A stretch of DNA of 38,078 bases from Burkholderiales bacterium (GTDB lineage: Bacteria > Pseudomonadota > Gammaproteobacteria > Burkholderiales > SG8-39). Both the position numbers and the translations under genes were made by a program. Every line of letters begins with the position of its first letter. The first letter of the stretch is position 1. A model generated the notes under the pieces. That model was not told where the DNA came from. It did no database searches and worked only from the letters and a program-made list of their open reading frames with translations. The stretch spans positions 1 through 38,078 of the forward strand of contig CAXNGL010000003.1 in assembly GCA_964201515.1 (NCBI GenBank). The letters are read 5' to 3'. Positions 30,991 to 38,078 of the stretch are shown piece by piece.

Positions 30991-31794
30991 ATGCAACCGC
31001 GCAGTCACCCCCTGTGCCTGGAGTTCCTCACCGCCGTTGACCTGGACGCGCCCTCCTTCATCACCCTTGCCGCAAAGCACGGGTTCCAGCGCGTGAGCCT
31101 GCTGGTCAACCCCATGCCGCCCTATCAGGACTTTGACCTGCTGGGAGACACCGCGGCGCGCCGCGAAACGCGCCAGCGCTGCGATGATCTGGGCGTGACC
31201 GTCGACATGATCGAGGCCTTCAACATCCAGGCCGACACCGACGCTACGAGCTTCGCTCCGGCCATGGAGTCCGGGAAGGTGCTCGGCAACGGCATCATCA
31301 ACCTCTTGCCACGCGATGAGGACGAGGCACGCGTCGAGGACTGTTTCGCGCGCGCCTGTGAACTGGCGGACACATTCGGGTTTCGCGTCATGACCGAATT
31401 GTCGCGACGCGCCACGCTAAAGACCCCCTCGCAGGCCGTGCGGTTTTTTCAGCGCATCGGCCGGCCGGATGTGCGAATTCTGCTCGATACGCTGCATTTC
31501 TTTCGTTACGGCGGCACCCTCGAGGATGTGCGCGCGCATCGCGACTGGATCGGCCGCGTGCAGCTCTCGGACGGTCCGGCCGAGATGCCGCTGGCCGACC
31601 AGCTCACCGAAGCGCGCCAGCACCGGCTCATCCCCGGTGACGGTGACCTGCCGCTGCGCAGCCTGCTGGCCGAGATGCCGGCCGGCATCAGCATCGGCAT
31701 CGAGGTCCCGAACCGCGATTTCAGCACCGACGAGCGGGTGCGCAGGTCGCGCGAGGCCACCCTTGCGCTGCTCTCGCCGGGCGCCGCTCGCTAG
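30991..31794 (+). CDS. Second sugar phosphate isomerase/epimerase TIM-barrel paralog
   Basis: AAKHGF, MTEL, LLDTLH, VQLSDG, RLIPGDGDLPL and GIEVP. Confidence 0.85.
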   Translation: MQPRSHPLCLEFLTAVDLDAPSFITLAAKHGFQRVSLLVNPMPPYQDFDLLGDTAARRETRQRCDDLGVTVDMIEAFNIQADTDATSFAPAMESGKVLGNGIINLLPRDEDEARVEDCFARACELADTFGFRVMTELSRRATLKTPSQAVRFFQRIGRPDVRILLDTLHFFRYGGTLEDVRAHRDWIGRVQLSDGPAEMPLADQLTEARQHRLIPGDGDLPLRSLLAEMPAGISIGIEVPNRDFSTDERVRRSREATLALLSPGAAR

Positions 31795-31956
31795 CAAACC
31801 CTTCAACCCCTCGGGCAGGTTAGAGAAAGTGAATTTGGCCGGTTCGGGAGTCATTTTTCAGCAGCCTGATAGGCAATAATACCCGGCCGTCTGCGCGCTT
31901 CGACTCTTGTGGCAGGGCACGCGACCAGCCCCACCAGCCTCCAGCAAGGAATGACC

Positions 31957-33156
31957 ATGGCAAACAACAATGCCGTCGTGCCCCAGATCGACCTGCCCGG
32001 TCTGCGCTTTGCGCTGGGCGAGGACATCGACATGCTGCGCGAGAGCGTGCGCAGCTTTGCGCAGTCGGAGATTGCGCCACGCGCCGCCGACATCGATCGC
32101 AGCAACCAGTTCCCCATGGACTTGTGGAAGAAGTTCGGCGCGCTCGGCCTGCTCGGCATCACCGTGGAGGAAGAACTGGGCGGCACCCAGATGGGTTACC
32201 TTGCCCACATCGTCGCCATGGAGGAGATCAGCCGCGCCTCGGCATCGGTGGGCCTGTCCTACGGCGCGCACTCCAACCTGTGCGTCAACCAGATCCGCAG
32301 GAATGGCAACGACGCGCAGCGGCGCAAGTACCTGCCGAAGCTGATCTCCGGCGAGCACGTCGGTGCGCTGGCCATGTCGGAACCGGGAGCGGGCTCCGAC
32401 GTGGTGTCGATGAAGCTGCGTGCCGAGTACCGCGATGGCCGCTTCACCCTCAACGGCAACAAGATGTGGATCACCAACGGCCCGGATGCCGATGTGCTGG
32501 TGGTGTATGCCAAAACCGACGGCGGGCCGGCGCATGCCAAGGCAGGCATGACCGCCTTCCTGATTGAAAAAGGCATGCGCGGCTTTTCCACCTCGCCCAA
32601 GCTGGACAAGCTGGGCATGCGCGGCTCCAACACCTGCGAGCTGGTGTTCCAGGACTGCGAAGTGCCGGAGGAAAACGTGCTGTCGTCGGTGGGCAGCGGC
32701 GTCACGGTGCTGATGTCGGGCCTCGATTACGAGCGCGCCGTGCTCTCCGGCGGGCCGCTCGGCATCATGCAAGCCTGCATGGACGTGGTCATTCCCTACG
32801 TGCATGAGCGAAAGCAGTTCGGGCAATCGATCGGCGAGTTCCAGCTCATGCAGGGCAAGCTGGCCGACATGTACACCACCCTGAATGCCTGCCGCGCCTA
32901 TGTCTATGCTGTGGGGCAGGCCTGCGACCGCGGGGAGACCACGCGCAAGGACGCCGCCGGTGCCATCCTTTACTCGGCTGAAAAAGCCACCTGGATGGCC
33001 GGCGAAGCCATCCAGTGCCTGGGCGGCAATGGCTACATCAACGACTATCCCACCGGCCGGCTGTGGCGCGACGCCAAGCTCTACGAGATCGGCGCCGGCA
33101 CTTCCGAGATCCGCCGCTGGCTGATCGGTCGCGAACTGTTCGCGGAGACCGCCTGA
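31957..33156 (+). CDS. ivd: Isovaleryl-CoA dehydrogenase
   Basis: [51 protein letters not shown] and [12 protein letters not shown]; SD AAGGA. Confidence 0.95.
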   Translation: MANNNAVVPQIDLPGLRFALGEDIDMLRESVRSFAQSEIAPRAADIDRSNQFPMDLWKKFGALGLLGITVEEELGGTQMGYLAHIVAMEEISRASASVGLSYGAHSNLCVNQIRRNGNDAQRRKYLPKLISGEHVGALAMSEPGAGSDVVSMKLRAEYRDGRFTLNGNKMWITNGPDADVLVVYAKTDGGPAHAKAGMTAFLIEKGMRGFSTSPKLDKLGMRGSNTCELVFQDCEVPEENVLSSVGSGVTVLMSGLDYERAVLSGGPLGIMQACMDVVIPYVHERKQFGQSIGEFQLMQGKLADMYTTLNACRAYVYAVGQACDRGETTRKDAAGAILYSAEKATWMAGEAIQCLGGNGYINDYPTGRLWRDAKLYEIGAGTSEIRRWLIGRELFAETA

Positions 33157-33229
33157 TGCAATGTGGCCTCTCGGCCGTGACTGACGCCAGCGCAAATCGT
33201 TGCGCGCGGGTGGGCAAACAGGCGCTCGC

Positions 33230-33922
33230 ATGCCCAGCGTCCTGATCGCCGGCGCCAGCCGCGGCATCGGCCTGGAACTGGCGCGCCAATATGCCGCCGA
33301 GGGCTGGCGGGTCATCGGCACCTGCCGCGATGCCAGGGCCGAGGCGCGCCTGCGCGTAATAGGGGTGGAGCCACGCCAGCTGGATGTCAGCAACGCGGGA
33401 CAATTCGAGGCATTGGCCTCATCGCTGGCCGGCACTGCGATCGACGTGTTCATCCATTCGGCCGGCGTGTATGGCGGCGACAACAATTCGCTGGCCGCCC
33501 CCGATGAACAGGACTTCGAGGAAGTCATGCGCGTCAACGTGCTCGCGCCCATGCGCTCCATGGCCGTGATCGGCCCGCTGGTGGCGCGCGCCGGCGGTCG
33601 CCTGGTCTACCTGTCGAGCAGCATGGGCTCGATCGCGCAGATGAGCGGCAGCCATGGGATGACAGACACAAGCGGCTGGCTATACCGCGCCAGCAAGGCG
33701 GCGCTCAATGCAGCGTTGAAATGCGCAAGCGGGGAACTGGGTGCCAAGGGCGTGATCTGTCTCACGATGCATCCGGGCTGGGTGCGCACCGACATGGGCG
33801 GCCCGAATGCCTCCATCAACGTCGCCACCAGCGCCAGCGGTCTGCGCCGCGTCATTGCCAAGGCAACGAAGAAGGATAACGGCCGCTTTCTCGATTACAC
33901 CGGCGCGGAAATTCCCTGGTAG
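33230..33922 (+). CDS. SDR oxidoreductase (CsgA/C-factor-like)
   Basis: AGASRGIGLE, SSSMGSI, YRASKAALN and HPGWVRTDMGG. Confidence 0.9.
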   Translation: MPSVLIAGASRGIGLELARQYAAEGWRVIGTCRDARAEARLRVIGVEPRQLDVSNAGQFEALASSLAGTAIDVFIHSAGVYGGDNNSLAAPDEQDFEEVMRVNVLAPMRSMAVIGPLVARAGGRLVYLSSSMGSIAQMSGSHGMTDTSGWLYRASKAALNAALKCASGELGAKGVICLTMHPGWVRTDMGGPNASINVATSASGLRRVIAKATKKDNGRFLDYTGAEIPW

Positions 33923-33967
33923 TTCAACGCATCAACATTTCATTCCACCAATTTTCCATTCCATGAC

Positions 33968-34348
33968 ATGACCAGACAACTGATTTCCTCGGGATCGAGC
34001 TTCGAAGCCGTGGCCGGCTACAGCCGCGCCGTCGTCGATGGCGACTGGGTGTTCGTGTCCGGCACCACCGGATTCGACTACGCCAGCATGAGCATTGATG
34101 ACGATGTGGTGGCGCAGGCCGAGCAATGTTTTCGCAACATCGCTGCAGCCCTGAAGCAAGCCGGCGGCAGCCTCGACGACGTGGTGCGGGTGCGCGTCTT
34201 TCTCACCGCCCGCGCCGATTTCGAACGCGTGGCGCCTGTGCTTGGCAAGCACCTTGGGGGCGCGCGCCCTGCCAACACCACCGTTATCGCGGAACTGATC
34301 GACCCGCGCATGAAAATCGAAATCGAAGTCACGGCGCGTCTGCGCTGA
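33968..34348 (+). CDS. RidA/YjgF family protein
   Basis: GYSRAV, VSGTTG, RPANT and IEIEVTA. Confidence 0.92.
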   Translation: MTRQLISSGSSFEAVAGYSRAVVDGDWVFVSGTTGFDYASMSIDDDVVAQAEQCFRNIAAALKQAGGSLDDVVRVRVFLTARADFERVAPVLGKHLGGARPANTTVIAELIDPRMKIEIEVTARLR

Positions 34349-34386
34349 TTCCGCGACATCACCAGCCAAACCAAAAGGAAACCTGG

Positions 34387-34764
34387 ATGCCCGCAATCTC
34401 TACGACAGTCCTGCTCCACATCTTCACCGCCGTGCCGTCCATGATCCTGGGCGGTATCGTCCTCGCGCGGCCCAAGGGCACCTTCGTGCACAAGCTCATG
34501 GGTCGCCTGTGGATCGCGCTCATGCTGGTGACGGCGGTCGGATCTTTCGGCATCAAGTCCGATGGCCAGTTCAGCTGGATCCACATCCTCAGCGTGGTGA
34601 CGATCGTGTCGATCGTCGCGGGAGTGATCGCCATCCGCAGCGGCAAGCGGGAAACGCACCTGCGCTGCATGCGCGGCGCCTACATCGGCCTGATGATTGC
34701 CTTCGTATTCACCATGGCGCCGGGGCGCCTGGTCGGCCAATGGGTTCGCCAGCTGTTAACGTAA
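34387..34764 (+). CDS. Small membrane protein, DUF2306-like
   Basis: 125 aa, about 4 TM segments; KGTFVHKLMGR, FSWIHILS, H...M and PGR motifs; SD AAGGA. Confidence 0.8.
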   Translation: MPAISTTVLLHIFTAVPSMILGGIVLARPKGTFVHKLMGRLWIALMLVTAVGSFGIKSDGQFSWIHILSVVTIVSIVAGVIAIRSGKRETHLRCMRGAYIGLMIAFVFTMAPGRLVGQWVRQLLT

Positions 34765-34918
34765 GGGGCGGCTTTCAGAATTACCGAAATGGCCCTGATA
34801 TTGGGGAGCGTGAGGGGACTCAGTACGTAACTGCACCCTCATATTGAAATAAACTCCAAGCACCGCACCGCCCGCTTTAGTCCCGGCAAACCGCCTGCCC
34901 TTCACTCGGAGTTGATGC

Positions 34919-35521
34919 ATGGCCGCACCCATCGAGTTCTATTTCGATTTCTCTTCCCCCTACGGATATTTTGCCGCGGAAAAAATCGATGCCATCGCTG
35001 CAAAGCACGGGCGCGAGGTGTTGTGGCGACCCATCCTGCTCGGCGTCGTCTTCAAGACCACCGGCATGCAACCCCTGCCCGGCATCCCCTTGAAGGGGCA
35101 GTACGCCTTGCAGGATATCCCTCGTAGTGCCAGGTACCACGGGCTACCATATCGTCATCCGTCAGTATTTCCGACATCAACCACGGCCGCGGTGCGCGCC
35201 TATTACTGGCTGGAGGTGCGCGACCCGAAAGCGGCGCGCAACCTTGCGCTTGCCTTGTATCGCGCCTATTTTGTCGATGCCATCGACATCTCGTCCCCCG
35301 ATGCCGTGGCCGGCGTCGCCGCGAAACTGGGATACGCGGCGCCCGATGTACTGGCGGGCCTCAACGACACCGCCACCAAGGACCGCACCAAGCTCGAGGT
35401 GGAGAAGGCCATGGCCAAGGGCGTGTTCGGCTCACCCTACATCCTCATCGACGGCGAGCCCTTCTGGGGCGCCGACCGGCTCGAGCAAGTCGACAAGTGG
35501 CTCGCCACCGGGGGCTGGTAG
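34919..35521 (+). CDS. 2-hydroxychromene-2-carboxylate isomerase / GST-kappa family protein
   Basis: FYFDFSSPYGY, WRPILLG, GVFGSP and FWGADRL. Confidence 0.9.
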   Translation: MAAPIEFYFDFSSPYGYFAAEKIDAIAAKHGREVLWRPILLGVVFKTTGMQPLPGIPLKGQYALQDIPRSARYHGLPYRHPSVFPTSTTAAVRAYYWLEVRDPKAARNLALALYRAYFVDAIDISSPDAVAGVAAKLGYAAPDVLAGLNDTATKDRTKLEVEKAMAKGVFGSPYILIDGEPFWGADRLEQVDKWLATGGW

Positions 35522-35524
35522 CGC

Positions 35525-36142
35525 ATGGCGGGCAGCCCCCCTCCCTTTCGCGCGCTGGCCGTATTCTGCGGCTCGCGCACCGGCCAGCGACCGGAGTACG
35601 CCGCGGCGGCGCGCACCCTCGGCACCTTGCTGGCGGCGCGCGGCATCGAACTCGTCTATGGCGGCGGCAGCGTGGGCATGATGGGCATCCTCGCCCGCGC
35701 CACGCTGGAGGCTGGCGGCGTAGTGACCGGCGTCATCCCCGACAGCCTGGTGCAACGCGAAGTCGGGCAAGCCGGGCTGACACGGCTGCATGTGGTTGAC
35801 TCCATGCACGAGCGCAAGGCCATGATGGCGGAACTCTCGGATGGCTTCATCGCGCTGCCCGGCGGCTACGGTACGCTGGAGGAATACTTCGAGGTGCTGA
35901 CCTGGGCGCAGCTGCGATTCCATGCCAAGCCGGTGGGGTTGCTGGATGTCGCCGCGTTCTTCCAGCCGATGATCGGGCTGTTCGACCATATGGTGGCCGA
36001 GGGATTCGTCAGCGACCAGCACCGCGCGCTGGCGCTGGCGGCCGCGGACCCGGTGGCACTGCTGGACAGGATGGCGCAATATCGGGCGCGGGCCGCAGGC
36101 GAGCCCGCTCCCCTGGCCGCCGGACTTCGAAACAAGACCTGA
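35525..36142 (+). CDS. LOG family nucleotide phosphoribohydrolase (TIGR00730-type)
   Basis: VFCGS, LVYGGG, MHERK and PGGYGTLEE. Confidence 0.92.
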   Translation: MAGSPPPFRALAVFCGSRTGQRPEYAAAARTLGTLLAARGIELVYGGGSVGMMGILARATLEAGGVVTGVIPDSLVQREVGQAGLTRLHVVDSMHERKAMMAELSDGFIALPGGYGTLEEYFEVLTWAQLRFHAKPVGLLDVAAFFQPMIGLFDHMVAEGFVSDQHRALALAAADPVALLDRMAQYRARAAGEPAPLAAGLRNKT

Positions 36143-36187
36143 GCATCGGGCAGCGAGCCCAATGACGCAACCATTGAGGAACCATCG

Positions 36188-37795
36188 ATGACGGTCATCA
36201 AGACCAGTGCCAATGTCCACGGCGACGAATTCCGCCGCAATGCCGAGGCCATGGCGGCGCTGGAGGCCGACCTGCGCAGCAAGATCGCCACCATCTCCGC
36301 GGGTGGCGGCGAGACGGCGCGCGCCAGGCACCTCGCGCGCGACAAGCTCTTGCCACGCGATCGCGTGCGCGCCCTGCTCGACCCGGGCGCCCCTTTCCTC
36401 GAATTCTCGCAGCTGGCCGCCTGGGACATGTACGGCAACGACGCGCCGGGTGCGGGCATCATCACCGGCATCGGCCGGGTGTCCGGGCGCGAGTGCGTCA
36501 TCATCGCCAACGACGCCACGGTCAAGGGCGGCACCTACTACCCGATCACGGTGAAGAAGCACCTGCGCGCGCAGGAGATCGCGCGCGAGAACCGCCTGCC
36601 CTGCATCTACCTGGTCGACTCCGGCGGCGCCTTTCTGCCCGAACAGGACAACGTGTTCCCCGACCGCGAGCATTTCGGCCGCATCTTCTACAACCAGGCC
36701 ACGCTGTCGGCCATGGGCGTGTCGCAGGTGGCCGTGGTCATGGGTTCGTGCACGGCCGGCGGCGCCTACGTGCCGGCCATGTCCGACGAAACCATCATCG
36801 TGAAGGAACAGGGCACCATCTTCCTCGGCGGCCCGCCGTTGGTGAAAGCCGCCACCGGGGAGGTGGTGACCCCGGAAGAACTCGGCGGTGCCGATGTCCA
36901 CACGCGCCAGTCGGGCGTGGCCGACCACTACGCGCTAGACGACGCCCACGCGCTGGCCATTGCGCGGCGCATCGTGTCGCACCTGAACACCAGCAAGGAT
37001 GTGAAGCTTGACCTCGCCGCGCCGCGCGAACCGCTGTTCCCGGCCGACGAGCTGGGCGGCATCATCCCCACCGACGCCCGCAAGCCCTACGACGTACGCG
37101 AGGTGATCGCGCGCATCGTCGATGGCAGCGAGCTCGACGAGTTCAAGGCGCAGTACGGCACTACCCTCGTCACCGGCTTTGCGCGCCTCTGGGGCTACCC
37201 GGTGGGCATCATCGCCAACAACGGCATCCTGTTCTCCGAATCGGCGCTCAAGGGTGCGCACTTCATCGAGCTGTGCTGCCAGCGCAAGATCCCGCTCATC
37301 TTCCTGCAGAACATCAGCGGCTTCATGGTGGGCAGGAAGTACGAGGCGGCCGGCATCGCCAAGGACGGCGCCAAGCTCGTCACCGCGGTGTCCTGCGCGC
37401 AGGTGCCGAAATTCACCGTGGTCATCGGCGGGTCATTCGGCGCCGGCAACTACGGCATGTGCGGCCGCGCCTTCTCGCCGCGCTTCCTGTGGATGTGGCC
37501 GAATGCGCGCATCTCGGTGATGGGCGGCACGCAGGCCGCGGCCGTGCTCGCGACGGTCAAGCGCGACGGCATGGAAGCGCGCGGCGAGCAATGGCCGGCG
37601 GAGGCCGAGGCCAAGTTCAAGCAACCCATCCTCGACCAGTACGAGCGCCAGGGGCACCCGTACTTTGCCAGCGCGCGACTGTGGGACGACGGCATCATCG
37701 CGCCGGCCGACACGCGCCGCGTGCTCGCGCTCGCCCTCTCCGCGTCGCTCAATGCACCCATTCCGGACACCTGCTTCGGCGTGTTCAGGATGTAA
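36188..37795 (+). CDS. liuB: 3-methylcrotonyl-CoA carboxylase beta (carboxyltransferase) subunit
   Basis: [45 protein letters not shown] and C-terminal FGVFRM; clustered with ivd. Confidence 0.93.
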   Translation: MTVIKTSANVHGDEFRRNAEAMAALEADLRSKIATISAGGGETARARHLARDKLLPRDRVRALLDPGAPFLEFSQLAAWDMYGNDAPGAGIITGIGRVSGRECVIIANDATVKGGTYYPITVKKHLRAQEIARENRLPCIYLVDSGGAFLPEQDNVFPDREHFGRIFYNQATLSAMGVSQVAVVMGSCTAGGAYVPAMSDETIIVKEQGTIFLGGPPLVKAATGEVVTPEELGGADVHTRQSGVADHYALDDAHALAIARRIVSHLNTSKDVKLDLAAPREPLFPADELGGIIPTDARKPYDVREVIARIVDGSELDEFKAQYGTTLVTGFARLWGYPVGIIANNGILFSESALKGAHFIELCCQRKIPLIFLQNISGFMVGRKYEAAGIAKDGAKLVTAVSCAQVPKFTVVIGGSFGAGNYGMCGRAFSPRFLWMWPNARISVMGGTQAAAVLATVKRDGMEARGEQWPAEAEAKFKQPILDQYERQGHPYFASARLWDDGIIAPADTRRVLALALSASLNAPIPDTCFGVFRM

Positions 37796-37841
37796 TCAAT
37801 TTCGATATGTGGCCCCCGTCTTGCGGAGATGAATCCATAAA

Positions 37842-38078
37842 ATGTTCTCAAGTATCCTGATCGCCAACCGGGGCGAGATCGCCTGCCGCGTGATGCGCAC
37901 CGCGCGCCGCATGGGCATCCGCTGCATCGCCGTGTACTCGGATGCGGACGCGCGCGCGCTGCACGTGAGCATGGCCGACGAGGCGCTGCGCATCGGCCCG
38001 GCGGCGGCCAGGGAGAGCTACCTCTCGATCGACGCCATCATCGACGCGGCGAAGCGATCCGGCGCCCAGGCCATCCAC
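37842..38078 (+). CDS. liuD: Biotin carboxylase subunit (MCC alpha), 5' partial
   Basis: Manual translation [36 protein letters not shown]...ESYL...AIH runs off the window. Not in the ORF track. Confidence 0.88.
   Translation, partial: MFSSILIANRGEIACRVMRTARRMGIRCIAVYSDADARALHVSMADEALRIGPAAARESYLSIDAIIDAAKRSGAQAIH

Noticed and set aside
31858-33561. 567-aa minus-strand ORF (similarly 35432-36928, 20142-21485, 12581-13843, 4798-6042, 26861-28027)
   Set aside because: All are antisense to well-supported genes and lack recognisable domains.

Overview
High-GC (roughly 60-68% by eye) chromosomal window from a betaproteobacterium. The taxonomy is inferred from gene order: zapB-zapA-ssrS-EVE, hemE-priA and argS-SPOR-dsbA-SDR. 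Left third (minus strand): an LPS core/O-antigen locus with waaQ, waaG-like, msbA, several GT4/GT9 glycosyltransferases, an O-antigen ligase and an AsnB-type amidotransferase. It is preceded by a BtuB-like TonB receptor under a clear cobalamin riboswitch. Middle (mostly plus strand): zapB, zapA, 6S RNA, EVE, hemE, a DnaA-box cluster, priA, argS, SPOR protein, two DsbA paralogs flanking an exported rhodanese, an SDR and a BtuF-like protein. Right: stand-alone class I phaC, an MBL hydrolase, a 4x14-bp tandem repeat ahead of two paralogous TIM-barrel isomerases, and a leucine-catabolism (ivd/MCC) cluster. No mobile element, CRISPR array, tRNA, rRNA or defence system was seen. The window is mostly housekeeping. 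The best leads are the DARS/oriC-like DnaA-box element before priA, the DsbA-rhodanese-DsbA module, the repeat-preceded isomerase pair, and several non-coding structures. None is proven novel from the sequence alone.
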